64,000 bases of DNA from Eledone cirrhosa (lineage: Eukaryota), in the NCBI GenBank assembly GCA_964016885.1, contig OZ024745.1, positions 29,512,001 to 29,576,000 of the forward strand, in the 5' to 3' direction. A model generated the notes under the pieces. The model worked only from the letters and a program-made list of their open reading frames with translations. It was not told where the DNA came from and searched no databases. Positions 37,687-51,104 of the stretch are shown piece after piece. The position numbers and the translations under genes are program-made. The number at the start of each line of letters is the position of its first letter. The first letter of the stretch is position 1.

Positions 37687-37768
37687 TGGCAGCGGTGGGA
37701 CTCGAACCCACGCCTCCGAAGAGACTGGTGCCTTAAACCAGCGCCTTAGACCGCTCGGCCACGCTACC
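37687..37768 (-). tRNA. tRNA-Leu(AAG)
   Basis: GGTAGCGTGGCCGAGCGGTCTAAGGCG-CTGGT TT AAG GC ACCAG-...GGTTCGAGTCCCACCGCTGCCA; long T-run terminator. Confidence 0.93.
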
Positions 37769-37883
37769 ACACGATAACTACGACATTTAGTTTTAGTTAT
37801 AGTATTTCTATATTAGATTGTCATAGATAATGACAGATGTGGTATTACTTCATCTCTTAATAAAAATGTAATTCGTTGTAGAG

Positions 37884-38231
37884 CAGGGTTTCTCAAAGTG
37901 GGCGCTAACACGCCCAGGAGGCGCTGCAGCCTAAGGGGGCGTCGAGAAGGTCCAGGGGTGCTGGTACCAGGGGGGGGGGGTTGGCTGTAGAGATGATATA
38001 ATAGTATATTAAATATCAAATGATATATATTATATTTAAATATAATAAAATAAAAAATATACATTTATTTATACATAATATATATTATATTAATTATTAT
38101 ATATAAATTAACGATTTTATTTATTATATATCATTTACAATTTGCAGGTCTCTCTGGAAATAGGGGTGGGGCGCTGAGGGTATTAATAAGCTGTGATGGG
38201 GTGCGGTGACCCAAACAGATTAAGAACTCTC
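37884..38231. mobile_element. hAT-type MITE with 8-bp TSD ttgtagag
   Basis: Starts cagggtttctcaa; TSD at 37876-37883 and 38232-38239; empty site in the paralogous copy near 35370. Confidence 0.8.
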
Positions 38232-38459
38232 TTGTAGAGTCTGTTGTGATGGAGACTTTCAGCGTTGTTGGCCCTGGGCCACAACCCTACTCATTGTTAT
38301 TGAAGCGGAGTTGGCCGTCCGCATATGCAAGCCCCGCCAGGTGGAGTGGCTGTTCCAGCATGTCACCCTCACTGTCCTCTGGGGCAATGTATTTTTCCTC
38401 CTGTCGGCCGGGACCCAGAGATGGAGGGTAAGATAGTTGGAGGTAGAGGATACTAAATA

Positions 38460-38730
38460 TAATAAGGAGCAGGAACAAAGTATTAATATAACAACATGGT
38501 GTTTATTCATGCGCATTTCGCGTTTGATCAGCTCAAGGTACAATTGGTATCGATCGGCCACGACTCTGAAATCGATAGGTCATCATACTTGTAATGTGAT
38601 TCCTTCTATAAGTGGAAGCTATCGATTCTAGAGTCAGGCCCGATTGATACGGATTGTACCTTGAGCTGATCGAATGCGTGAATAAACATCATGGTGCTAT
38701 ATTGACACCTTGTGCCTTCTCCTTGTTATT
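38460..38730. mobile_element. Fold-back MITE with about 115-bp imperfect arms
   Basis: gatcagctcaaggtacaat / attgtaccttgagctgatc plus flanking arm matches. Confidence 0.7.
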
Positions 38731-38739
38731 ATTGCAGTC

Positions 38740-39712
38740 CTGGGTCAAGCGAAGACCAAGAGGGAGCACTTGGTGACTGGAATGTCTTCAAGTGCTCACA
38801 GCCCTCAGTCAATCGAGCAATACTATTGGTGGAAATGCCACTTTGACGTTCTATAGAAGTTTAGTGGCAAAAAAACCCCCCAAAAACCCACAACGTTCTT
38901 GGGGAGACTCTGGGATTGACGAAAATCAACTAGTCACTCTTTTCCAGAGGACTTTAGATCCAGGGCCCATGGATAACTGCTAGACATCCCTGGCCTGGCA
39001 GTGCTACAAGGGAGCTTTGTCAGTATGAGATAAACTCTACAGGCATCGATGTGCCATCAACCGGGCCAGTCTAAGGTGCACACAGGGCAACAAAATCGAG
39101 TGTCTGAATGTTTCTGACCTGTGGGTTTATGTCGAGCACCAGCTGTCATGTGTAGAACGGATTTGACAATCAACTGAGTTCATTGGGAAGGTCGCCCTGC
39201 TGCTCTCCTTTGGAGGGGAAGGATAGGCAGTTTTTATCTGTCTGGTGGCCATGGTGAAAGAGGTCGTGTTGTGGAGGTGTTTGAAAGGTTTGAAGACAAC
39301 CACTTTCCTCTTCAGCAAAGCCCTGATTAACTTTTTCAGGTTTCACTTGAAGAGGAAAATCAGGGTGGAGAGGGAAGTGCTGCCTTCCAACCAGTCTGTT
39401 GAAAGGTGGGTGAAAGTGGCAAGCATGCCCCGTGTGAATGGGCCTGCCTTGAGCATATGCCTGTAGATTGGAGTAGAAAGACTGGGAGAGGGCACTTTGC
39501 CTTGGTGGACTAGGTGACCGTGGCTTTTTGTTAGCTTCGAGTGACACTTGGAGTCTCCCCACCTTTGGGGAATTTGTTATGTTGTTTTTTTTAAATGTTT
39601 ATTTTTCTTAGTCACTTATAAATTTTATTTTACACAAAAAACCCCACACTGTATCGCCCTGTACCGTCTTTAATGTTTCCTTAATGTGAACCCTGTGTGA
39701 CTAGTAAAGAAG
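38740..39712 (+). mobile_element. Tx1/L1-like LINE 3' fragment, decayed
   Basis: AMVKEVVLW.CLKGL..FFRFHLKRKIRVERE homologous to the ORF at 36378-36674. Confidence 0.65.
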
Positions 39713-39715
39713 TCA

Positions 39716-42010
39716 TTATTATTATTACTTTCATATCTCAGTTATTGTTGCTATTTAACAAGAAAATTTGCCCTAATGATCATCAAGCCGCTACCTGCAG
39801 CCTCAGATATTCAGGACATATCAGAGGGTCCTTGCTGTTCCCAGTAGGCATGCCTTCTGGAGTGTTCCAAAAAAGGGGCTAATGTTCTTCAACCAACCTT
39901 GGAATCTTTTTGAGATAGTACCTAGTGCTGCTATGATGATGGGGATGACCTTGATCTCATGACAGTCCCAAATCCTTTCAAGTTCCCACTTTAAATCCTG
40001 GTACCAATTAATTTTCTTCTCCTTTTCTTGTACTCTTGTGTCAAGGGGACAGGCTACATCTATAATCAAGCAAGATCTTTTTTCCTTGTCAAAAACTACC
40101 AGGTCAGGCCTATTATGTTCTAATTTCTTGTCTGTCTGTATCCTGAAATCCCACAACACCTTCACTCAATCGTTTTCAATCACTGACTCTGGTTTATGCT
40201 CATACCATTTCTCAGAATGTGGTAAATTATTTAGTTTGCATAAATGCCAGTGAATCACCTTCCCTATTATATCGTGTCTCCATCTTTTATGTTTACACTC
40301 GGATATGATGTGAGCCACAGTTTCCTCCCTCTCTCTCTCTACAGATCCTACAAAGTGGGCTAGTTTCCTCCTTGTCACTATGGCGTTTTGGTCCACTACA
40401 TTCCAAGGGCTTGCTCCAGTGCAGCCAATAGCATTCCTTCTGTGGCTTTCTTAAGGTCCTCTTTCTTTAACCAGCTAACAATTCCATGTCTGTGGATCTC
40501 TGAATTCTATTTTCTTTAAAAAGATGCTATGAATGACATTTTCATCCAGGTTATTCTTCCTCTTTGTTGTTACTTCTTTCTTGTTTCCCCCTTCACTACA
40601 GACTTAAGCATTGGCTCGTTACTCTCAGATACACATTTATGTAGACAGTTCTTCTCCATCTGAACACAGTCCTCCACACTGATTAGACTTCTTACACCTC
40701 TCCTTAAGTACATTCTAGGAACATCACCCATCTTATGAAACATACTGCAGGTGGTCATTAATTTCCTTGTCTTTCTATCCAGTTCTTTTTGTTTGTTTAC
40801 ATTCCATTTAAGAATTCCCGCACTGTACCTAATAATAGACACAGCTTGGGAATTTACTGCACTTATGGCATTTTTACTATTCAGATGTGATTTTAGTATG
40901 TTCCTTACTCTCCTTATGTATTTCATCACCTTTTATGTCTTTGATATTATCTACCTCCAGAATACCCAAATACCTATATTCCTCTTCAGTGTCAATCTCC
41001 TTTATCATCTCACCTATTTGTACCTTGATTCCTTTGCTTCTCTTCAATTTACCCCTCTTCATCACTAGGACTCCACACTTATTAACACTAAATTCCATGC
41101 ATATATAATTGCTGAAAATACAGACAGTGTTAACAAGTACACTCAACTTCTTAATGCTCTTCCCAAATAGATTTAGGTCGTCCATGAAGAGGAGGTGGTT
41201 GATGGTAAGCTCTCCTCTTCCCAGTGTGTATCCTCCTTGTAATCTACCCATCCCATGGCAAGACTAGTATGCCTCCTCTTGCAGTTCCTTATTATCATCT
41301 TGTCAATAAGTAACTAGTCTTTTGTACCATGGAACTTCATTTGGCAGCCTTTCTGTTCCTCCAGCAATAAGTTGTTTATGTCGAGGTAGTGGTAGATTTC
41401 CTCAGACACAATTGTTAGTCATTTCCACATCAAGGACAGTCATGTGATAGGTCTATAGTTGGTAACATCATTTCCTTTGGCTTCGTCTTTCAATATTAGG
41501 ACCATTGAACCTTTTGTCAACCACTGCGATACTTCACCCAACACCAAGCAGTCACTGAACATGGCCGTCTGTATCAGGTGGAGAGGTTATATTTTTAGTC
41601 CAATATCCTTGCATGCCATCCGGGCCTGATGATTTCCAGTTGGTTAATTTATTGGCCTGCTTTTTAAGGGTTTCGACCAACACACTTAAATCAGGTTGTT
41701 GGTGTACTTGTTCATTAACCTGCTTTTTAACACTCACAATCCACTCTGTCCAACTATTATACTCAACATCCTGTTCCTAAATCCCTCTCCAAAATGTGTT
41801 GCTTTGCAACCTCAGGAATAGCATCGTTACCTCTTTCTTTCCCTTCAATCTGTTCAAATAACATCTTCTGGTTGTCAAACATACGGATTTGCCTACACTG
41901 GCTAACTCTGATCACATAACTTTTAATTTTTGCATTTTTGGTTAGGACACGTTGTTTTAGTTCCTCTATTTTAACATTTAGCCCTTTTCCCTTTGTGTTG
42001 TATTTCCTTG
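39716..42010 (-). mobile_element. R4/Dong-like non-LTR retrotransposon relic (RT, zinc knuckle remnant, REL endonuclease), (TAA)n tail
   Basis: NWKSSGPDG, HLLFMDDL, YRYLGI, ETVAHIISEC..RHD, LWDFRIQTD..NRPDLV..IIDVACP. Confidence 0.88.
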
Positions 42011-42417
42011 TCAATCTATCCTTAGGACCTATGTTTTGTAATATCTGTTTTAATTTTTGGCAAATGGATGCAAATATCAAACGAAAAAAATTCAATATCG
42101 ATTGACACTTTGGTTCTATATATATTCATATAAATATATGCACTTAAATAAACATGTAAAAATATGTATAATACATATGTATGACTTGTTAGTGAGATTT
42201 TCTTTGTTTTTTAATTGGGAAAAAGTGTGTTGGGGGGGGGGGGGCGGACAACAACAAACGATGGTTTGTCCCCCGTTCCTGAAAAAGGCTCTTATATATA
42301 TATATATTTTTTTTTAGTATATGTTGGTTGTTTACCGACCCCTCAGTATGCAGATTGGAGCACTCAACCTAGTACACAGGTTGGTTTGTTTACTCCGGGG
42401 TAATGTAAAATAATTAA

Positions 42418-42701
42418 GTCAAATATGTAAAATTTGGCTTCATTTATTATAAATTATAAATTCCTCTGAGGAACTGGAATCATATGATTCCAGTTCCTCA
42501 GAGGAATACCAACACACCCAGGAGCTGGACATATTGATGTATTGACGGAGTAAAACACACTTCAACAACAAGTGTACCTGTCTTTTCCGCACCAATTCGG
42601 ACTGCCTGAAGAGGTCACAGCCAATGATGGCTGTCACCAAAATATATATAGCAGTAAATTTATAATTTATAATAAACGAAGCCAAATTTTACATATTTGA
42701 C
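42418..42701. repeat. Nested inverted repeats: 45-bp outer arms and a 48-bp inner perfect palindrome (42460-42507)
   Basis: Direct inspection. Confidence 0.85.
42601..42655 (+). ncRNA. Type I hammerhead with G12>A change (family of 28440-28495)
   Basis: actgc-CTGAAGA-ggt c acagcc aatgat ggctgt c acc-AAAA-tatata-TA/gcagt. Confidence 0.7.
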
Positions 42702-42724
42702 ATTATTTTATATCATCATCATTG

Positions 42725-43112
42725 TCATCATCATCGTCGTTTAACGTCTATCTTCCAAGCTAGCATGAGTTTAGACGGGAATTGTCCCACTGAGGCAAGA
42801 TTGGTTGTTTTGCTCGTATAGGACTGTCTGGCGGGTTTTCTAAGGCTGGATGCCCTTCCTAACACCAACCACGTTTACAGTCTGGACTGGGAGGTTTTTA
42901 CCGTGTTACCTACACGGCCACATTACAGCGTGGACTGTGTGTTTTTTTGTTGTGACACCTACACGACCTCATTTATTTAGGACTGGATGTTGTGGCACCA
43001 ACATAACTTTAGGTGTAGATGGGGGTGGGGGTAAGGGTAGTGGGGTGGGGGTGTATTTTTTGGTTAGGAGGAGCCTACTGACTGTAGGTTTCGCTTTGTA
43101 CTTAGGCAGGTA
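42725..43112 (-). mobile_element. RTE 3' UTR-only insertion
   Basis: Matches 51130-51505 and 60990-61365. Confidence 0.85.
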
Positions 43113-43165
43113 TTTTATATATATATATATATATATTTTACATTATTTTATATATATATATATAA

Positions 43166-43198
<33 letters not shown>

Positions 43199-44570
43199 TT
43201 AACATATCTTACTGACAATTTTTGTTTCAATAAATGATGGTTTTTTGCTTTATATGGAGTAGATGACATGTGTTTGAAGTTCTACTGAAACCATTTGGCT
43301 GTGAAACAAATTCCTTAACCATACATCCATGCCTGCATGGATCTCATTCATAAAATAGTCATTATTTTAAAGGTAAATATGCTTTTTTTCTCTTTGATTC
43401 TATTTTTTTGTGTTTGGTTATTTTCCCCCACTTCTAAGAGGCATAATAATATTCTCATATGCATCTCTTAGTATTAATGTATTGAGTTAGATTGAACACC
43501 TGCTGAGCTGCTAGCTATAAAGAATCTATTTGATTGCCTGGAAAAAACAACCTATAGCGACCAAATCTAATGTGTTCTGATATTCATCATAATATTGCTA
43601 TAAAAACACGTCTGAAAATGGAGACATTTTAACATTCTAGTCTGTTAGAAACAAAACAATGTGTTTCTGAACTGAATAAATTGTGAACATTAACAGGTAC
43701 TTTTATATTAACTCAAAATTGGCTGAAAAAACATTTGATATGAAGTCGCCTAAAACCACCTTTACTTTTATGATATAAAACTCTTTTGAAGTGTTTATAT
43801 TTATCTAAAAACCTTCCATCATAATTTTATGTAAGAATCTTTGTTAAGTTATTTTCCAGATACGAGCTTAATAATGATTTCTAACAAAGGTACAAGGCCG
43901 GAAATGTTGCTGAAGGAAATATCTATTATATAAACCCAGTATTTGCATAAATCTTTGCATAAATTCATAGTAAGATGTAGTGCTTAATGATGTAAAGTTG
44001 TATAGTTGTTATATCTTTAAGTAACATGTAACAGTGGCCTTCAGGATTATGATAGGCATGTGTACCCTTAGCATAGTTCTTAGGGAGATTCAGCATGACA
44101 GTATAGGACAAGGCTGGCTCTTTGAAATACAGGTACAGTCCACCTTGGCAGTATCGGTAGAGGGTCGGACGCCATGCTTTGACGCAAAGAGTTACGGCCC
44201 TTTCCATTCTGAGTTCAAAACCCGCCGAGGTTAACTTTGCCTTTCATCCTTACGGGGTCGATAAAATAAAGTACCAGTAATGCACTGGGTAATTGCTGGC
44301 CTTGTGCCAAAAAGTAGAAACAATTATAGGTTAAACAATAAAAAATTCCACAGATAGGTACCCATAACATTATTCTCAGGGAGATTCAGCATGATACAAT
44401 ATGTGACAAGGCTGGCCTTTTGAATTACAGATGCATTCCATCTTGTATTCTTGTGTAAGTGGTCAAGGATTGTACAGACACTTGTACTCTTAATGTAATT
44501 ATCAGGGAAATTCAGCATGTGTGTGACAAGTCTGCCATTTTGAATCACATGTATTGTCAACCTTGAATTA

Positions 44571-44764
44571 TGAGTTGGCTGAAAAAGTTCATAGGCTGAC
44601 CAAGATACTCTCATGGAATGACCAAATGAGGTTTATTTTTCAACATAGTCTTTGTAAAGAAACAATGCAGTTATTAATAAGAGTTGAAATTAATATATGC
44701 TAGATTTCACACCTCTAGCATCACTCCTTCATAGTTGGCCTATGAACTTTACCTCCGGCCCATG
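44571..44764. mobile_element. Tc1/mariner-type MITE, copy 2
   Basis: Homologous to 807-1003. Confidence 0.7.
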
Positions 44765-45234
44765 TATAGTGTAAATGGCTGAGCATTCCACAGACATGAT
44801 TCTCATGGAGATTTGGGACAATACAGTGTGTGACAAGGCTGGTCATTTGAATTACAGGTTCAGTCAATTCAATAGGCTTCTAATCAGTTTCACTCACAAG
44901 GCATAAGTTGACCCGCAGCTATGGTAAATAACACTTGCTCAAGATGCTAAGCTCTGGGATCAAATTCATGACCTAATGATTGAGAATCAAACCTCTTAAC
45001 TATTCAGCCATGATACATGCATAAATATTGAGAATACTCATTTCTATATTCTGTGGTAAAGAGATAAGAAAAGATTACTGTCAATTAATAATCAACATTT
45101 ATAGAGTTCAGTTAATGTTGATAATAATAACATTTGAAGATTTACAGATGAAATAATCTGATTACAAGAACTAAGGTGAGCCATAATATATTTATATATT
45201 CCAAAGAATTTCAACAGAAACAACAAATTATTAG

Positions 45235-45287
<53 letters not shown>

Positions 45288-45637
45288 GTTTAACGTCCAT
45301 CTTCCACGCTTGCATAGATGTTCTAAACCAGCTTTATATCCAATTATTATGCTAGCAGGAATAGAATTAATATCTGTAATTCTGTGTAAATTCTAAAGAA
45401 TATACAGACAATGTAAGAAATGGTAGGAAGTATGTAATTAAACACGTTTACAATACAGTGTACAAGAGGAGGTACTTGGAAAAGATTGTCAGAGAAATTG
45501 TTTTGGGTTTCTATAGACACAAGAGACATAATAGGAATTGGCAATACAGACACACAGACAGTGTGTGTGTGTATGTGTGTGTGAAAGAGAGAGAGAGAGA
45601 TGTATGTATAGATAGACAGAATAAAAGAGAGAGACAG

Positions 45638-45716
<79 letters not shown>

Positions 45717-45818
45717 CAAACACAGAGAATGAGAGAGAATATATATATATATAGAGAGAGAGATAGACAGAGAAAGAGAGTGAGAGAGAGAAAGAAAGAG
45801 AAAGAGAAACAATTACAG

Positions 45819-45853
<35 letters not shown>

Positions 45854-46399
45854 AAAAAAGAGAAAAAAAAAGAGACAAACTAAATATAAAAAAAAGGAGT
45901 TAGGTGAATAGGAATCTTAACAGGCTCGTTACTACCATTATCACCTCCACAACAACACCAATAATAACATCAAGAACAACAACAGCAACTCCACCACCAC
46001 CAACAACAACAACACCACAACCAACAACAATAGCAAACTGTAGTGCACCTGAGCACTGTACACAATAATTTCATTATTATTATTATTAAAGTGCTCAAAT
46101 ATTCTATAGACATGGACACTCAATGCAATTCTCAGGGAGAGTCAGCATTACACAGTAAATGACAAGGCTAGACCTTTGATATACAGGTACAGTGCATCTT
46201 GTATTAAAGTGTAAGTGGCTGAGCATTCCACAGACATGTGTATCCATGATGTAATTCTCAAGGAGATTCAGTGTGACAAGACAGGCCCCTTGAAATACAT
46301 GTACAATTAATTTTTTCAGCAGTGTGGAGAGAAGCAGTGTGAAATAAAGTGTCTTGCTTAAGGATATAAGATGGTGGTAGGTTTGCGAATCAAACTCAC

Positions 46400-46510
46400 C
46401 ACCTTGCAATAGTGAGCCAAACACCCAAATTCACAGAAGAGAACAAAACTTCTAAAAATATACCCCAAGGAAGCAACACAGTTAAATCTTCAGGATTCAA
46501 ACAAACAAAC
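46400..46510 (-). other. Candidate exon
   Basis: (ct)n-ctag acceptor and gtgagt donor, open frame; the donor end overlaps SINE-like sequence. Confidence 0.2.
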
Positions 46511-46511
46511 C

Positions 46512-46599
<88 letters not shown>

Positions 46600-46787
46600 A
46601 GTGTAGGAGGGGGATAGATGGATAGATAGAGAGAAAGAACGAAAGGGAATAGATGGAGAGAGAGACAGAGAGAAAGAGAGAGAAGGAGAGAAATAGATGG
46701 CGAGAAAGAGAGAGAGTAAGTGAGAGTGAGAAGAAATAGATGCAAACAATATACAATATAAAATAACTAATTTATGTAAACACTTAC

Positions 46788-46938
46788 GTTGATGTTGGAA
46801 AACAGGCAGGAAATAATAATGATATAAAAACAATATGGCAACATGGAAAGTCTGTGATATTATTAAGAGAAAATCCAAGATCAACATTGGTAAATGAATG
46901 GGAGGTAGAGGTAATGAATAACAAACATAAATATATTT
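46788..46938 (-). other. Candidate exon
   Basis: tttcttttattttattttctgtctag acceptor and gtaagt donor; two frames are open. Confidence 0.3.
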
Positions 46939-47118
46939 CTAGACAGAAAATAAAATAAAAGAAAACTTCTAACAACTAATTATCATTAAAGCTCAGAACA
47001 TCAAATGGTTAGAAGAGAAACACAAACTGTTTATTTAAGTAGAATAAATAAATAAATAAATGTGTAGGGAAAGCAGAAAATACAAAGATATGTTCTGCAT
47101 GAAGTTAATATATATATA

Positions 47119-47171
<53 letters not shown>

Positions 47172-47340
47172 TGTATAGGCACTCATAAGCCCCACAAGGC
47201 ACACACTGATTTGTCTATTCAAGGCTTGGAGCTATAGAAATCAAATAGAATATAGTAACACTGTATTTAGATATGTTAACTCATTGTTCTATTGTATTAT
47301 AACATGATACACTCTCTCTCCCTCTTTCTCTCTCTCTCTT

Positions 47341-47401
<61 letters not shown>

Positions 47402-47441
47402 GATATTAAATAAATGGAAACTATATTTATAAAACCATATT

Positions 47442-47507
47442 TATTTCATTATATATATTTCAGGGATATCATATTAAAAATATGGTATGCCTTCTTCAGA
47501 CAAAATA
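47442..47507 (-). ncRNA. Type I hammerhead in the inverted arm
   Basis: Reverse complement of 50863-50928. Confidence 0.75.
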
Positions 47508-47760
47508 CAATATAAACAGTCTTATAAATAGATAGATTTGACATACCTTACAGCTTCAACTTCCATTTAAAAAGTTGATTTGGTAGTGAAAAATGTTAGG
47601 GACAGTTATAAAAAGAAAGAAAAAAGCGAAGAAAAAGAAGAAATGCATGCAACTAAATAGAGAGAGATAGATATAGAGAGATAGATAGAGAGAAGAAATT
47701 CATGTAAAGAAACAGAGAGAGATAGATAGAGAGAGAAAAAACACAGAGGGAGATAGATAG

Positions 47761-47792
<32 letters not shown>

Positions 47793-48494
47793 AAAATAGA
47801 GAGAGATAGATATAGATAGAGATAGAGAGAAAGAAAATAGGTAGTTGGGCACCAGTTGAATGACGTATCAATGATATATTTATTTATTTATTTATTTATT
47901 TAGTTCTAGTATTAAGGTAGAGAGATATATATGTGGTTAGGAGAGAAAACAGCCGTTACATAGAGAGAAAAGAAAAATATCCAGATATAAACGAGGCAGA
48001 TTTAAAACATTATGTTTCATCAATGTAAAAATATCAATTCGTATGAATTAGGTATTATAATGTAAATATCAGTATTCATGAATGAGACACGTATCAATAA
48101 TGTGTGAAAAATAATGATCATATGTCTAGTTTAAAATTCCTAGGTTTATATCAGAGTTGAGATAAAAAACTGAGATAAAAAAACTGAGATAAAAAAATGA
48201 GATAAAAAAACTGAGATAAAAAACTTCAAAAAAAATTGAAATACATAAGTATATATGCACTTTCATGAAAAAAGAAAAAAAGAAAAAGAAAAAGAAAATA
48301 GAAGGTTATCCCAGATTCGATACTATAGACTTCCATGTGAATTTACGTGATCAACTCAGCAAATTCCTATTTCACATGAAAACATTCTCATTGTGCTATA
48401 AAAATTCTAGTATACATATATGTGTACATACACACAAATATATATAGAATCTACATTAATTTTAACAATACTATTCTTGTCTTTATATTCTTGC

Positions 48495-49452
48495 CTATTT
48501 ATAATCAATTCGCTGTATAGGAAAATACCCGGTGCCACCGGAGGTTTATATAGAGATGACATGCTTTTACTTATTGAAAATAATAACTCTGAACTAAATA
48601 GAAAAAGAAAACAAATTACACAATTTTTTAATTACTTTAATCTAAAAATAGAAATTGAGAATAACCATAGAATAGTCAATTTCCTAGATGTAACATTAAA
48701 TCTCAACACATGTCTTCACTATCCATTTCACAAGTTGAATGAAAACTTAAACTATGTCAGTTTTAACTCTAACCACCCCAGATCTGTTAAAAATACTATA
48801 GTGAACTCTGTTCAAAAACGTATCTCTAGAATCTCATCTAATAAAAAGATTTTCGACGAAAAAGCCCAGTATTACAATGAAGCGTTAGCTAGAGCAGGAT
48901 ATAGTGATAAAATTATGTACAACAATTTTAATTACGGTAACAACTTTAACAACTATAATAGAAAGCATTACAATAATTCCAAAAGCCAAAAAAGAAATAG
49001 AACTAGGAATATAATATGGTTTGCCCCCCCCTTTCTCACTAAACATTAAAACCCACATCGCTAAACTATTTTTTAATGCTCTTGATAATCGCTTCCCTAG
49101 AACACATAGATATCACTCAATTTTCAATAGACATACTATAAAATTAACTTACTCATCCACCAAAAATTTAGCACAAAATATTAATAGAATAAATAATAGG
49201 AATTTAAAACCTAGCCAAAATACCGATAATAGCATAAATAATATCCAAGTAAACAAATGTAACTGTAGAGATAGATCTAAATGTCCGTTAAATAACAATT
49301 GCTTAGTTAAAAATATAATATACAACTGTAATGAGGAGATATTCTTTATACTAAAATCTAAAAATTCCCTTAATTTACGGACAAATTTATTCAGTTGCTG
49401 CAGACATAGATTGAACTCAACTTTTAAATATAAATATAAATTTAAAATGTAG
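48495..49452 (+). pseudogene. PLE RT C-terminal half, linker and internally deleted GIY-YIG endonuclease
   Basis: GLYRDD, VNFLDVTLNL, SNHP, RNIIWF.PPFS, CNCRDRSKCPL, terminal CCRH; one frameshift near 49030. Confidence 0.85.
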
Positions 49453-50579
49453 TATATTTACTTTGATTTATAATTATTTATGAAACTCGCCGATAAATCT
49501 TTCGATTTCTTTTTTTTAAACATTCTTCATGAATAATTAAACTACCCTAAAAGCTGATGCACCAAATATATCGAATAAATTTTACACTAGATAAACTTCT
49601 ATAATAAATATAAGACCATCTGTAGATCAAATGGGTATCCTAAACTTTTGGAATGATTTCTGCTAGACAGGATTTGGTAAATAATTTTGGTTTTGTTTGC
49701 TTTTGATTCTGATGCTTATAATGAACTTGGCAATATATTGTCAATTAATTTTGAAGGGTTGATCTCTGTGGTTGATTTGCGGGGCATACTGTGTTTTATT
49801 TTTAATATTTTATTTTTTATTTTTAATATTTTTTAATTTTTGATGTTTTTATTGATATATTGATGTCTGTTGTCTATTTATGCTTGAACGATAATCATGT
49901 AGAGTAAAGACAAGAATAGTATTGTTAAAATTAATGTAGATTATATATATATATGTATACTAGAATTTTTATAGCACAATGAGAATGTTTTCATGTGAAA
50001 TAGGAATTTGCTGAGTTGATCACGTAAATTCACATGGAAGTCTATAGTATCGAATCTGGGATAACCTTCTATTTTCTTTTTCTTTTTCTTTTTTTCTTTT
50101 TTCATGAAAGTGCATATATACTTATGTATTTCAATTTTTTTTGAAGTTTTTTATCTCAGTTTTTTTATCTAATTTTTTTATCTCAGTTTTTTTATCTCAG
50201 TTTTTTATCTCAACTCTGATATAAACCTAGGAATTTTAAACTAGACATATGATCATTATTTTTCACACATTATTGATACGTGTCTCATTCATGAATACTG
50301 ATATTTACATTATAATACCTAATTCATACGAATTGATATTTTTACATTGATGAAACATAATGTTTTAAATCTGCCTCGTTTATATCTGGATATTTTTCTT
50401 TTCTCTCTATGTAACGGCTGTTTTCTCTCCTAACCACATATATATCTCTCTACCTTCATACTAGAACTAAATAAATAAATAAATAAATAAATATATCATT
50501 GATACGTCATTCAACTGGTGCCCAACTACCTATTTTCTTTCTCTCTATCTCTATCTATATCTATCTCTCTCTATTTTTG

Positions 50580-50611
<32 letters not shown>

Positions 50612-50862
50612 ATCTATCTCCCTCTGTGTTTTTTCTCTCTCTATCTATCTCTCTCTGTTTCTTTACATGAATTTCTTCTCTCTATCTATCTCTCTATATC
50701 TATCTCTCTCTATTTAGTTGCATGCATTTCTTCTTTTTCTTCGCTTTTTTCTTTCTTTTTATAACTGTCCCTAACATTTTTCACTACCAAATCAACTTTT
50801 TAAATGGAAGTTGAAGCTGTAAGGTATGTCAAATCTATCTATTTATAAGACTGTTTATATTG

Positions 50863-50928
50863 TATTTTGTCTGAAGAAGGCATACCATATTTTTAATATG
50901 ATATCCCTGAAATATATATAATGAAATA
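50863..50928 (+). ncRNA. Type I hammerhead, sense to the PLE ORF
   Basis: tattttgt-CTGAAGA-agg...cct-GAAA-tatata-TA/atgaaata, overlapping AATAAA. Confidence 0.8.
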
Positions 50929-51054
50929 AATATGGTTTTATAAATATAGTTTCCATTTATTTAATATCGTAAATATACTCCAAATACTTGTTGAGTGCTT
51001 TTATATCAGTTATAAATATTTACTCGTTGTAACCCAACAATTTAAATAAAACTT

Positions 51055-51103
<49 letters not shown>

Positions 51104-51104
51104 T

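Larger units (their letters stand above)
47400..50970 (+). mobile_element. Penelope-like element (Naiad-like), 5'-truncated, with about 1.08-kb inverted pseudo-LTR arms
   Basis: 47400-48485 is the reverse complement of 49905-50970; internal RT remnant; HHR in both arms. Confidence 0.88.

Noticed and set aside
49452-49760. SECIS downstream of the Naiad-like ORF
   Set aside because: Several ATGA...AA...GA candidates, but none forms the required helix II by eye
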